Assembly: GCA_038206875.1 (NCBI GenBank)
Contig: JBBRAK010000002.1
Span: forward strand, 12,333-76,332
Source of the DNA: Candidatus Saccharimonadales bacterium
Lineage (GTDB): Bacteria > Patescibacteriota > Saccharimonadia > Saccharimonadales > JBBQAJ01
DNA: 64,000 nucleotides
Direction of reading: 5' to 3'
Shown one piece after another: positions 1-8,828 of this stretch. Under the pieces are notes generated by a model. That model saw nothing but the letters and a program-made list of their open reading frames with translations, did no database searches and was not told the DNA's origin. Positions within the stretch are counted from its first letter, which is position 1. Each line of letters begins with the position of its first letter. Made by a program: the position numbers and the translations under genes.

Positions 1-68
1 AAGCTGAAGAGCAGGGGATTACTCCTAGACAGCTTGTACACGAAGCTACTTCAAGGCTCTGGATATAA
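1..68 (+). CDS. 3' end of upstream gene, possibly a MoxR-like AAA ATPase (partial)
   Basis: Frame 3 is open from the window edge to TAA at 66-68 (..AEEQGITPRQLVHEATSRLWI*). A DUF58 gene, the usual MoxR partner, starts 12 nt later. Identity is inferred from context only. Confidence 0.3.
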   Translation, partial: AEEQGITPRQLVHEATSRLWI

Positions 69-79
69 GAGTACTATCA

Positions 80-1051
80 ATGAGTATTGTTGAAGCAATT
101 CCGGAAATACAGCCGGTATTTGACCCCCTAGCTCCAGGACGAAGCATAGACTCTATAAATGCTTTGATTCCTAAACGGGCACACACGCTTGCAGGTATTC
201 AGATTGGAGAAACAGTTTCCAAACGAGTTGGACATGGAATCGAAATTGACGGCATACGCCCCTACCAGCCAGGTGATGAGTCTCGGAGTGTTGACTGGCG
301 TGCTACAGGACGACAAACTGATGGTACATTGATGGTGCGTCAACATTATGATGAAATTACGCCAACACTTTGGCTGGTAACAGATATGTTTCAGGCCAGG
401 CATGAAGCAAACGCTGGTCATTTTTCTGAACGTAATCTCGCCGCTTCTGCAGTGATGTCACTTTTGGCTTTGGCTGATAGACAAGGCATGCCAACTGCAA
501 TTGTGGCTGTTCACGAACAAGGCATATTGCACCAAAATCCGGGTCGGGGTCGACAGCACGTTCGGCGTGCAGGAAGCGTAGTTGCCGGTCTTATGCTTGA
601 AAAATCAGCTCAGCCGTTGCCAGAAAGACCACTTTCCGAAGGCCTAAAGGCTGTATCCAAAACCGCCGACGAGAACATAGTTATTGTTGCATCAGACTTT
701 CGAAGTGGAGTCGATGCGCTAGAACCAAGCGTCGACTGGAAGCGTGCTTTGCAACAGCTTGCGAATCAAGGTAACGATATAACAGCTGTCGAATTTACGA
801 ACCCTTGGGACGACAAACTTCCAGAGGAATCCAATAGATTTACCCATGGCACTACCGGAAAATTCATTGGTGGCAAAAAAGAGCAGAAATATCGAGACAC
901 CTACACCGAACTAGCCAAGCGCCAGCAAGAGCTAATCGACTCTGCCATATCAGCGAGTGGAGCCAGTCACCTAAAACTTTCAACAGATGAAGGTCGTTGG
1001 TTCAGCTCACTTAGAGATCAGCTTTTAAAGTTAAGTCGAGTGCATCGTTAG
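80..1051 (+). CDS. DUF58 domain protein (vWA-like, MoxR-associated)
   Basis: 323-aa ORF. The motif IRPYQPGDESRSVDWRATGR matches the DUF58 hallmark as I remember it. Confidence 0.8.
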   Translation: MSIVEAIPEIQPVFDPLAPGRSIDSINALIPKRAHTLAGIQIGETVSKRVGHGIEIDGIRPYQPGDESRSVDWRATGRQTDGTLMVRQHYDEITPTLWLVTDMFQARHEANAGHFSERNLAASAVMSLLALADRQGMPTAIVAVHEQGILHQNPGRGRQHVRRAGSVVAGLMLEKSAQPLPERPLSEGLKAVSKTADENIVIVASDFRSGVDALEPSVDWKRALQQLANQGNDITAVEFTNPWDDKLPEESNRFTHGTTGKFIGGKKEQKYRDTYTELAKRQQELIDSAISASGASHLKLSTDEGRWFSSLRDQLLKLSRVHR

Positions 1052-1093
1052 CGTAAGCGGTTTGCGCTAAATGCGAAAATAGTATAAAAAGTA

Positions 1094-1122
1094 TTGACAA
1101 TAGCTAAAGCATGTTGTACAAT
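1094..1122 (+). promoter_or_regulatory. sigma70-type promoter for the downstream secreted-protein operon
   Basis: TTGACA (1094-1099), 17-nt spacer, TACAAT (1117-1122), about 80 nt upstream of ATG 1204. Confidence 0.55.
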
Positions 1123-1203
1123 GCTACTCATACGTGAAAACTCCACTAGAGAGGGAGTGGGCACGGTGGATAATCAATTAATTCCTAGGGAGGAATACGA
1201 TTT

Positions 1204-1581
1204 ATGAAAAAAGCTATTGTACGCGGTGTTGGTGGTTTTTTGGGGGCAGGAATGTTGATTGCCGGAGGCTATGGTCTTGGTGGTGGATTTGAAAGCGAAC
1301 CTAAGGCCACTGATGCTGTGGTTGCAGATGCCGGAAGCGTAGCAAGTAACTGTATGGATACTGCCGTAACGGATGTAGTTAAAAAAGCAAATGTTGATTT
1401 GAATGATGGTAGTATTGGCCAAACTCAAGTCGATGCTTTGAACGGTGGCCTAGAGAAGAGTGCTCGGGCACAAGCATCTCAGTGCTTTAACAAATTCGTC
1501 ACAGATGCAGTTGCTTCAGTATTTGAAGGCACTCCAGTACCACCCATGGAAGCCGATTTATCAATAAGAGTAAAGGGTTAA
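1204..1581 (+). CDS. hypothetical small membrane/secreted protein
   Basis: 125-aa ORF with GGGAGG RBS at 1188-1193. N-terminal Gly-rich hydrophobic segment (GVGGFLGAGMLIAGGYGLGGG). No recognisable domain. Confidence 0.6.
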   Translation: MKKAIVRGVGGFLGAGMLIAGGYGLGGGFESEPKATDAVVADAGSVASNCMDTAVTDVVKKANVDLNDGSIGQTQVDALNGGLEKSARAQASQCFNKFVTDAVASVFEGTPVPPMEADLSIRVKG

Positions 1582-1590
1582 GGAGTTATT

Positions 1591-2724
1591 ATGCGACCAA
1601 TGGAATTAGCCGGAGAAATTGCTAGAAAAGTTGCAGTTCCTGCGTTTGCAGTTACTTTCGCAGTAGGCGGTGTTGCTTGTAGCGGATCAGATGAATCAGC
1701 ATTGAGGCCCGACAATGGTTCGGCACCAAGTGCTCAAAGTGCCAAAGAAGCGGCAAACGCTTGTGCTGGAGAGTATGACCTTACGGCAAACTTGGCCAAC
1801 CAGGTTTTTGCTGATCGTTCCTCTGTATTTCCATCTTTAGCTGACAACAAGGGCAATCTTTTGCCCAAAAGCGATGCAATTGAGGCTATGCAAAAGCAAA
1901 CTGGAAGTGATTTCCGAGTTGCTGCCGTTATGTCGGAAGTCTACAATGTCCGAGACAACAAACTCGCACCTGACACACTGACAATACCTGGTTTTGAATC
2001 GGCAGTTTCTGCTATGAAGGTCAACAACAAAGGAGTTGCAAAACGTGTTGAGTACATGTGTAACCAGTTTGAGTTCAATCAACCTGAAGAAGAATTTGCA
2101 GTTGTTGGTGGAAACGCTACGCAGATATCTTTTGCAAGAAACGAAAAAGGTGTAGCGGGAATAGTATTTGAAACGATTGATGTGGATAGAGTTATAAGCG
2201 GATTTACGCTTGGTGCAAACTTTGACGATGCTGAATTGAGTAGAGATGACCGTATATTCCTAAAACAGTTTATGAAAGACACGATTGTTACCGAAGACGG
2301 TAAAATCGTTATTCGTAACCTAGCTTTGAACGGCGGAGTAAACGTAGAAGATCAGGTTGCCGAAACTCCAGTTTCGCCAAATCTTGACCAAAGCGACAAC
2401 AAAAACGGTGGCGGTGGAACTTTTGGGAAAAAGAAGAACAAAGGCGAAAGCGACCAGCCCGGTTCCGTGGAAGAGAGCGGTGGCGATGAAGGAGACAAGC
2501 CTGGCACAGCACCAAGCTTTGGTACTGGCAATGGTAATGGTCACGGATCGACTACCAGCACTTCGCGCCCAGGTAGCACAACTACAACCACAATTCCCAA
2601 TTCTACTACAACTACATCAACAACCACACGACCACCAGTTGTAACCACAACTACAACTATAACAACTCCTAAGGGCACTGTCACACCATGCGAACCTAAC
2701 CCACCGTACACATATTGCCCATAA
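1591..2724 (+). CDS. hypothetical secreted/lipoprotein-like protein with Thr-rich tail
   Basis: 377-aa ORF starting 10 nt after the previous stop. N-terminal signal with lipobox-like GGVAC-SGS. C-terminal Gly/Thr-rich mucin-like region (STTTTTIPNSTTTTSTTTRPPVVTTTTTITTP). Confidence 0.65.
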   Translation: MRPMELAGEIARKVAVPAFAVTFAVGGVACSGSDESALRPDNGSAPSAQSAKEAANACAGEYDLTANLANQVFADRSSVFPSLADNKGNLLPKSDAIEAMQKQTGSDFRVAAVMSEVYNVRDNKLAPDTLTIPGFESAVSAMKVNNKGVAKRVEYMCNQFEFNQPEEEFAVVGGNATQISFARNEKGVAGIVFETIDVDRVISGFTLGANFDDAELSRDDRIFLKQFMKDTIVTEDGKIVIRNLALNGGVNVEDQVAETPVSPNLDQSDNKNGGGGTFGKKKNKGESDQPGSVEESGGDEGDKPGTAPSFGTGNGNGHGSTTSTSRPGSTTTTTIPNSTTTTSTTTRPPVVTTTTTITTPKGTVTPCEPNPPYTYCP

Positions 2725-2754
2725 TTGTTAAATAAGGATAAAGGATATATAACT

Positions 2755-3831
2755 ATGAATAAGCTCACAATTTTCAAAAAAGTTAGTTTAGCACTAGTAG
2801 GAATACTTTCATTAGGTGTTCTTGTAAGTTCGGCTGTTGCCCACGCTATTCCCTACAACGGGGATGATACTGTTGCTTCTCAATCACCAGCCTTTAACGT
2901 CTTTACTGGCGTTCCAGCACCTTGGGGTAACGAAAGTGATTTCTTACGTGCTCGTGTTGACGACGGAAGTAGCACTGACTATTCTGACCCGCTCACCAAC
3001 GGCTGTGCTAATGGTACAAAATTCCAAATGCGTGTTTATGTACACAATGGTGCCAGCGCAGGTGGTAACAATAACGGAAGTGGCCCAAGTGTGGCACACG
3101 GTGCCAAAGTCAAAGTTAGTATTCCTGGAAATGAAGCAAGTATTTTCTCACCAAGTGCTAGTATAAGCGCAACAAACGCTGGAACTGTAAACGACGTAAC
3201 TACAATCAATTGTAACGGTCGTAAGGTGAAAATGACCTACATACCCGGCTCTGCCACATCATATAGTAAAGGCACCGGCGTAGTACAGCTAAGCGACTCA
3301 ATTGTTTCTAGCGGTACTGCAATACGTAGTCATGGTGTTTCAGGTGACGTATGGGGTTGTTGGGATGAAAGAGTCTACGTTGTTCTAAGCGTTAAAGTTG
3401 AAGCAGTCCCAGTTGTTGTTCCTTCAAGCGGTGAATGTAAGCTAAGCGATCTAAAAGTTTTTGATAACCGTAAAGTACGAGTTAGCATAACAGGCAAAAC
3501 TACAAATGCAACTGTAGTAGGTTACTCAACTGATTTTGGAGACGGCTCTACCAGCAACAACCAAACAGCTGAACACACTTACACCAAAGACGGAACTTAC
3601 ACTATCGTATCTAAAGTACAGGTAAAATTCGCAGATGGTAGCATGAAGTGGTTAGATTCAGCTTCATGTGTTAAAAAAGTTGAATTCAAGCCTGGTAAAC
3701 CGCCTGTAGTTATCCCTCCGGTTACTACTCTACCTAACACAGGTCCAAGCGATATGATTGGTATATTTGCAGCCGTAAGTATAGCCGGCGCACTCGTACA
3801 CAAGTTCATTCTTAGCCGACGATACCAGTAA
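2755..3831 (+). CDS. LPXTG-anchored surface protein with PKD-like domain
   Basis: Start chosen at ATG 2755 (AAGGAT at 2741-2746) rather than TTG 2725. Has a signal peptide and a PKD-like motif (DFGDGSTSNNQTAEHTYTKDGTYTI). C-terminal sorting signal is LPNTG, then a hydrophobic stretch, then RRYQ. Confidence 0.8.
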   Translation: MNKLTIFKKVSLALVGILSLGVLVSSAVAHAIPYNGDDTVASQSPAFNVFTGVPAPWGNESDFLRARVDDGSSTDYSDPLTNGCANGTKFQMRVYVHNGASAGGNNNGSGPSVAHGAKVKVSIPGNEASIFSPSASISATNAGTVNDVTTINCNGRKVKMTYIPGSATSYSKGTGVVQLSDSIVSSGTAIRSHGVSGDVWGCWDERVYVVLSVKVEAVPVVVPSSGECKLSDLKVFDNRKVRVSITGKTTNATVVGYSTDFGDGSTSNNQTAEHTYTKDGTYTIVSKVQVKFADGSMKWLDSASCVKKVEFKPGKPPVVIPPVTTLPNTGPSDMIGIFAAVSIAGALVHKFILSRRYQ

Positions 3832-3925
3832 CAAGAAGCAGGTTGGACACTGAATAGATTTTGTGTTAGCATAGAATCTGTAGAAACGAGTCGTGACTGA
3901 CCGCCCTCTCTAATAAATATAATCC

Positions 3926-3960
3926 TTGAAATCCCTTCCCAAAACCGGAGGGGATTTCAA
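3926..3960 (+). terminator. stem-loop downstream of the LPXTG gene (possible terminator)
   Basis: 10-bp inverted repeat TTGAAATCCC (3926-3935) / GGGATTTCAA (3951-3960) with a 15-nt loop. No clear U-tract follows. Confidence 0.35.
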
Positions 3961-4033
3961 TATTACCTCTGTTATGATACAATTACCCGGTGTTTTTTGG
4001 TCCCAAATCAATAAAACCGTTCATGTAAAATAC

Positions 4034-4108
4034 GGTCCCATCGTCTAATGGTTAGGACACCAGGTTTTCATCCTGGCAATAGGAGTTCGATTCTCCTTGG
4101 GATCACCA
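4034..4108 (+). tRNA. tRNA-Glu (anticodon UUC), CCA encoded
   Basis: Cloverleaf folded by hand. Acceptor GGTCCCA/TGGGATC (one G-U). Anticodon stem CCAGG/CCTGG with loop TTTTCAT. T-arm AGGAG-TTCGATT-CTCCT. Discriminator A followed by CCA. Confidence 0.9.
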
Positions 4109-5648
4109 TAGCAGAATTTGCAACCGAATCAGCCTCCATTTCAGACGTAATACATCTGTAAAGGGGGCTGATTTCGTTGATTATAAAGTTCTGCTTTTTA
4201 GTATCGTATTCAAACCCGCTGGGGAAGATGAGTGCTTGGAACTTTTGCTTTCGTTCTAATGAAGCGTCTGACCACTGTTTTGCAACGTTACCCATAAAGT
4301 TCAGGGCGTATTCTATGTTTGATTCACTAACAGTTTGTTGTTGCTCTAGTTCGTTGATTTCTCGGCTAACGTCAATCTTTTCTATGTCTAGGTCGTCTAC
4401 GACCATAGCCTTTTCCTCGTCAGTTAAGCCACCGTTCACGTACTTCTTAATAGTATTCGCCCTCGTCTTGGCAATACCGTCTAGCTTGTCACGTAGCTGT
4501 GCGAGGTCTTCATTAAGACTACCTAGCTCTTTCACTGACGTGCGAACCAGCACTTCTTTCATAAGTTTAATGGTTTTGGGCTTAGGCGCAATCTTCGTAA
4601 GTAAGTCTTCAAACCCTAGGTGGGCGTCTTCTACTAATACCGAACCAGTGCCACGGCAGCTTTTCCTTGCACAGTAATAACGATACTCACCGCCAGGATT
4701 GCTGCGAGTCATGTGTTTGTGACAGTTCGTGCAGTTTATGAAGCGACTAAGTGGTGCCATGTTATTTATTTTATGATGTTTTAGCCCAATCAGGTACACT
4801 TTATTTTTCTGCTTTAGTAATTCCTGATTCTGCCAAAAGGTAGCTTCGTCAATAAGTGCGGGGTGCTTACCCTGAACAATTTCTTTACCCGTAAAAGAAT
4901 CACACACAAAACCAGCGTATTCGGGGCGTTTGAGCATTTTAGTCATAACCTCTTGGTTAATGGGTTTACCGTTCAGCCCAAAGAAATCTATGCAAGTGGC
5001 GTAACGGCACATTTCAGCGATAATCTTGTCGCCCTTATTGAAACGCATAAGTATCTTAGCTACTTTGTCGGCTTCTGCTCCTTTCGCCATTGTTGGGCGT
5101 TCATGCCCTTCGGAGTTTTTAATCTTTTGCGACTTATAACCTCGTATGGGCTTATGTTGCCAGTAGCCTTGTTTGGCAAGGCGGGTCATGTTATCTATAA
5201 CGGTTTCACGCTTATTCTCGTTGTCTAGTTGTCCAACCATGACGTATAGGCTTTCCATGAATTTACCCATTGGACTATCATCAAATTGCTCGGTAGCAGA
5301 ACGTATTTGTATGCCTTTAGACGCTAGGATAGAACGCATACCCATTATGTAGCTATCTATGTCACGACTTGCACGGTTCATCTTGTAGACAATGACGTAG
5401 TCTATCGTGCCTTTCATTTTCAGGGCGAGTTTAAGTAGGTTCTGTAGTTCTTCTCGGTCTGTATTCTTGCCAGACTTGGCTTCATCAAAGAACCACTTCA
5501 CAACGTTAATGCCGTTAGCGTCAGCGTACTTTTGTATTACCTCACGCTGGTTCTTCTTGCTTTCGCCCTTGATTTGTTTCTTGTCGGAAATACGAAGATA
5601 GCCGAGTGCGGCTTTCTTTGGTTTAATAGTATTTATTGTATCTGACAT
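4068..5648 (-). CDS. large serine recombinase (integrase)
   Basis: 526-aa ORF. N-terminal resolvase catalytic motifs (GYLRISDKKQ, DEAKSG, NRASRD), a central recombinase domain, a Cys cluster (CTNCHKHM..YYCARKSCRG, zinc ribbon) and a coiled-coil C-terminus. The last 13 codons are antisense to tRNA-Glu. Confidence 0.9.
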   Translation of the reverse strand: MSDTINTIKPKKAALGYLRISDKKQIKGESKKNQREVIQKYADANGINVVKWFFDEAKSGKNTDREELQNLLKLALKMKGTIDYVIVYKMNRASRDIDSYIMGMRSILASKGIQIRSATEQFDDSPMGKFMESLYVMVGQLDNENKRETVIDNMTRLAKQGYWQHKPIRGYKSQKIKNSEGHERPTMAKGAEADKVAKILMRFNKGDKIIAEMCRYATCIDFFGLNGKPINQEVMTKMLKRPEYAGFVCDSFTGKEIVQGKHPALIDEATFWQNQELLKQKNKVYLIGLKHHKINNMAPLSRFINCTNCHKHMTRSNPGGEYRYYCARKSCRGTGSVLVEDAHLGFEDLLTKIAPKPKTIKLMKEVLVRTSVKELGSLNEDLAQLRDKLDGIAKTRANTIKKYVNGGLTDEEKAMVVDDLDIEKIDVSREINELEQQQTVSESNIEYALNFMGNVAKQWSDASLERKQKFQALIFPSGFEYDTKKQNFIINEISPLYRCITSEMEADSVANSAMVIPRRIELLLPG

Positions 5649-5690
5649 AAGTATATTTAAGGTTATAATGGACTAATTGGCAAGTATATT

Positions 5691-5882
5691 CTATTTAAGT
5701 AATTCTAGAGCTAGGTCTTCTAGCTGTAAAATCAAGGGAATGAGCTGACTATCACTCAAGTCTTTGGCGGTGTACCCCAATATCTTGCGGGCTTCTTTCG
5801 GGGAAATGATGAGACTCGCTGTAAGTTGCTCTAATGTCGGTTCCTTTGTTTTCATAACATTTATCCAAGGGTCGGTCAGCAA
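5691..5882 (-). CDS. small hypothetical protein (candidate Xis/RDF by position)
   Basis: 63-aa ORF, probable start at M10 (5855), lying between the two recombinase-family genes. No motif recognised. Confidence 0.45.
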   Translation of the reverse strand: MLTDPWINVMKTKEPTLEQLTASLIISPKEARKILGYTAKDLSDSQLIPLILQLEDLALELLK

Positions 5883-5904
5883 TTAACCAACCGACCCACG
5901 AGCA

Positions 5905-6381
5905 TTAGCCTAGTAGCCCCGTTGAGTCATGCTGTTGCATACGTTTTGCCAAACCCTGCTTAACACGCATTGAGCGTTGTTCTGACTCGAACTGTTCGAG
6001 CATAAGTTGTATAGCTTCCATAAAACGACCCATTGGCTCATTAGTGTTTGTGCTGCACTGGTCAGTGGTCACGACATCGACATCGTGACGTGCAAGAGCG
6101 TTTTTGAAAAACATAAATTCGCAGTAGTCACGGCTAATACGAGCGTTGTTTTGTACGATTAGGGTGCTGATTTCTGGGTGATTCTCGCAGTACGTTATTA
6201 TCTCGTCTAATTGTTCAGCAGAGATTTTACCGATACACATAAAGTACGTTTGAATGCTTAAATAGTGCCGTCCTGCGTACTGCTCAATTTTGGCTTTTTG
6301 GCTCGCTAGGGAATTACCCGTTTTTGTTTGTTGCTTATGTGTTGCACGCACGAATGCGATTGCTTGTTTTGGAGTTTTCAT
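5905..6381 (-). CDS. resolvase catalytic-domain-only paralogue (Ser to Thr at nucleophile position)
   Basis: 158-aa ORF that aligns to the N-terminus of the adjacent recombinase: AFVRATHKQQ vs GYLRISDKKQ, ARISRD vs NRASRD, EPMGRFMEAI vs SPMGKFMESL. It has no recombinase, zinc-ribbon or HTH domain. Confidence 0.7.
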   Translation of the reverse strand: MKTPKQAIAFVRATHKQQTKTGNSLASQKAKIEQYAGRHYLSIQTYFMCIGKISAEQLDEIITYCENHPEISTLIVQNNARISRDYCEFMFFKNALARHDVDVVTTDQCSTNTNEPMGRFMEAIQLMLEQFESEQRSMRVKQGLAKRMQQHDSTGLLG

Positions 6382-6437
6382 ATCGTTAGTTGTTCCTTGT
6401 GTTAAGTAGTGAGATGTATCTATATGTAGTATTGAAT

Positions 6438-6561
6438 TAGTAACCTATGTAGTAATTGAGGGAATCCATAAAGAGTTATCCATTAAGCAGTAACTCTGTA
6501 TAAGTACCTATAAGCTGTATAGTTTCAGTAACCTATACAGTTCTATATAGAGAACCTATGG
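6438..6561. repeat. iteron-like repeat cluster in an AT-rich intergenic region
   Basis: AGTAACCTAT at 6439-6448 and 6527-6536, AGTACCTAT at 6503-6511, AGAACCTAT at 6551-6559. Inverted repeat CTGTATAG (6515-6522) / CTATACAG (6533-6540). Confidence 0.6.
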
Positions 6562-6587
6562 CGGTGTATGGAGTAGAACGCTAGTCA

Positions 6588-6956
6588 TTAGAAGCTACCG
6601 TCTGTGCTGGGAAATTGGTCGTTCAGTTTATTGTCACGAATGTAACTGTCAGCAGCACGCATGGCTTCATCACGAATCAGGTCTAAGAAAAAGCTGTCGC
6701 CACTGAACTCAATTGGATTAACCCACTTGCCAGCTAAGAAGCTCGGCATTTGGAACCACAGATTGTTGTATTTCGGCGAGGGGCGAACTGTGCAACTGTT
6801 GATGTACATACGCAGACTTGGTATATGCACCTTGATGTACATGATGTTCTTCTGGCTGTTGAAGGCGTAGACTTGGGCTGTTACGTCAGTCATATCTAGT
6901 TGCATGACTGTTCTCCATGTATGTTGTGCCATAGCAAGTGCAATAGGTCGTACCAT
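6588..6956 (-). CDS. hypothetical protein, weakly SpoVG-like
   Basis: Maximal ORF is 122 aa. The likely start is M18 or M22 (6905 or 6893), adjacent to the upstream stop. The pattern M-DVT.., ..FQMPS.., NPIEF faintly recalls SpoVG. Tentative. Confidence 0.45.
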   Translation of the reverse strand: MVRPIALAMAQHTWRTVMQLDMTDVTAQVYAFNSQKNIMYIKVHIPSLRMYINSCTVRPSPKYNNLWFQMPSFLAGKWVNPIEFSGDSFFLDLIRDEAMRAADSYIRDNKLNDQFPSTDGSF

Positions 6957-7273
6957 TCTTCAGTGTTCTGGTAGCGTTCACAGAAAATACGATCCAGCTG
7001 GGCTTCTACGATTTCTACATTCAGGCACTTACGGCGTTGTTGCTTTATGTAGAACTTCTGACGTAACCAGCTCGGCTTCGGCTTGCCAGCCTGTACAAAT
7101 AGCCACTTAGCCGCAGCAAGCTGCTGACGTGTGATTGTTATTTCGTTTTTAGACGAAACTTTCATCTGAGAAGTCGTGTCAGAAATCGTTGTTTGGTGGT
7201 CAAGAGCACTATTGATGTGTTCTGGCTCATTTTGATTGTTTTTGTTGTGACTTTCTTTCTTAATGTTTTTCAT
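6896..7273 (-). CDS. hypothetical protein
   Basis: 125-aa ORF in the same operon orientation as its neighbours. N-terminus is polar and low-complexity. No motif recognised. Confidence 0.5.
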   Translation of the reverse strand: MKNIKKESHNKNNQNEPEHINSALDHQTTISDTTSQMKVSSKNEITITRQQLAAAKWLFVQAGKPKPSWLRQKFYIKQQRRKCLNVEIVEAQLDRIFCERYQNTEEWYDLLHLLWHNIHGEQSCN

Positions 7274-7361
7274 ACAGAAACCTTTCTTTGTGAGCTAGTC
7301 GGCGGGACAAGTGATTGCCGATTCGCTCATTAACCTGTCCTGCATATAATTATCGAGGCAT

Positions 7362-7393
7362 AAAAAAGAGATTCCCGACAGAGCCGAGAATCT
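7362..7393 (-). terminator. rho-independent terminator (minus strand)
   Basis: On the minus strand, stem AGATTC/GAATCT (7369-7374 / 7388-7393) with a 13-nt loop is followed by TTTTTT (plus-strand A-run 7362-7367). It lies just downstream of the 7428-8255 gene. Confidence 0.55.
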
Positions 7394-7427
7394 TAAAACA
7401 ACACCTTACAATTCTCTGAATTGCAGA

Positions 7428-8255
7428 CTATTTGGGTTTTACTGTATTGACAAGCCTTTCAATAATCGCTGCTTCACTACTGTTGAGTGATTTGTGCGGA
7501 TTGAGCATTATTGTTTGTTCTTTTGTATTGACGCTCACGAAGATGTCTTTTATTTCGCCAGTGAAGCCCATGAGCTTCGGCCAGTCTTTCGCCTTTGAGC
7601 GTATTGTTTTGAAGTGTGTGCCTAGGTCGTCTTTCTTTACCCATTCGTCTGGCCTGACTAGGAGGTACTTTACCAAGTGATAGTTGAAACGCTTTCTGCT
7701 GTCAAAGCGTTTAATTGTAAGAGTAATACCTAGGTAACTCAATTTTAATGACTGCTGGACTAGGAATATTTTAGCGATATGGTTGCCATTCAATCCAGTG
7801 GTCTCCATGACAAGCCGTGGCATTGGATTCTCATTTGGATTGAATCCGTGAGATTCGCAGAACTGTATAAAACGGTCATGGTCAAAGCTATCAAGGAAAC
7901 GTAGCCAATCATACTCACGATGTGCTGGATCAGTGGTGTTCCAATCGCCCCATACGGTGTTTGTCCACTCCTTAGGTATATTAGAATTAAATGATTTGGC
8001 AATCTCTAGCTCTTCCTGTGCTTGCAGCACTTGGTTACGATACCAATTTTCGTCAGAGCGAGTTTTTAATACACCTGCTTGTGTTAGCGTCTCAACGGCA
8101 CGGTCTTCGTCAGCAACATTGTCCAAGTTCTCATTAGACGAAAGCTTGTTGTCCCAATCAAATACCCAACGGCGGTCATCAAAATCACTACCGTCAAGAA
8201 ATAAGTTGTTGAGCTTGAAGACCACTCGCTGTAACCACTTATTATTGTCTGCCAT
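7428..8255 (-). CDS. hypothetical protein (possible DNA-binding or replication function)
   Basis: The ORF track gives 7428-8417. I prefer ATG at 8255 (MADNNKW..) because the 8417 start would overlap the divergent 8359 gene. Trp/Asp-rich with no recognised domain. The functional guess is from position only. Confidence 0.55.
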   Translation of the reverse strand: MADNNKWLQRVVFKLNNLFLDGSDFDDRRWVFDWDNKLSSNENLDNVADEDRAVETLTQAGVLKTRSDENWYRNQVLQAQEELEIAKSFNSNIPKEWTNTVWGDWNTTDPAHREYDWLRFLDSFDHDRFIQFCESHGFNPNENPMPRLVMETTGLNGNHIAKIFLVQQSLKLSYLGITLTIKRFDSRKRFNYHLVKYLLVRPDEWVKKDDLGTHFKTIRSKAKDWPKLMGFTGEIKDIFVSVNTKEQTIMLNPHKSLNSSEAAIIERLVNTVKPK

Positions 8256-8358
8256 CAGGGGTAGTATAACCGCCTGACAACAGTAACTCAAATGCTGATA
8301 CCTGATCCAATCTGTAATAATAGGTATAGGGATTAACACAAAAACAAAGGATTTACTC

Positions 8359-8592
8359 ATGGCGGTTAAAAACACTGTCGGCCGGCCACCGAAAATGTCG
8401 ATGAAAATACTCGACAAATTATCTGATTCAATTTCCCACAGTTACAGTGTCGGTGACTCGTGCCGCTATGCGAAAATTTCGAAAAGCACTTTTTACCAAT
8501 ACCTAAGAAGTGAGCCAATCTTTGCGGATAGAATTGCCACTGCTCGGGAAAACCAACGTAAAGTAAGCTTTAATTTTCGCACATTTTATTAG
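8359..8592 (+). CDS. small HTH protein (terminase-small-subunit/resolvase-type HTH, possibly a remnant)
   Basis: 77-aa ORF. GRPPK plus CRYAKISKSTFYQYL..FADRIATARE resembles the N-terminal HTH of phage TerS-like proteins. The ORF ends shortly after. Confidence 0.5.
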   Translation: MAVKNTVGRPPKMSMKILDKLSDSISHSYSVGDSCRYAKISKSTFYQYLRSEPIFADRIATARENQRKVSFNFRTFY

Positions 8593-8828
8593 CTTAACCA
8601 GTCGCATTGTAGACGATTTCGCTAAAATCAATGTCTGAAAATTAGTACCTCGCTCAAGCTGGTTAATGTTGGAAAATGGCGTTGAAGTGTAAAAAATCTG
8701 GAAAAATAATTCCACGGGCTAAATAGGTCTTTTTCAGCTCAAAATAATGAACGAACCCTTAGCAATATCGCTCTCTGTGGGCTCTCTGGAGCGTCTAGGA
8801 CGTGTTCGTACACGAAAGTCGAGTAAAG

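Noticed and set aside
2520-2700. Repetitive ACN/GGN-rich DNA that superficially looks like a tandem repeat.
   Set aside because: It is in-frame low-complexity coding sequence (the Gly/Thr-rich tail of the 1591-2724 protein). It has no unit periodicity or spacers.
3999-4005. A second GGTCCCA heptamer 35 nt upstream of the tRNA-Glu 5' end.
   Set aside because: It is a single 7-mer with no extended similarity, consistent with chance.
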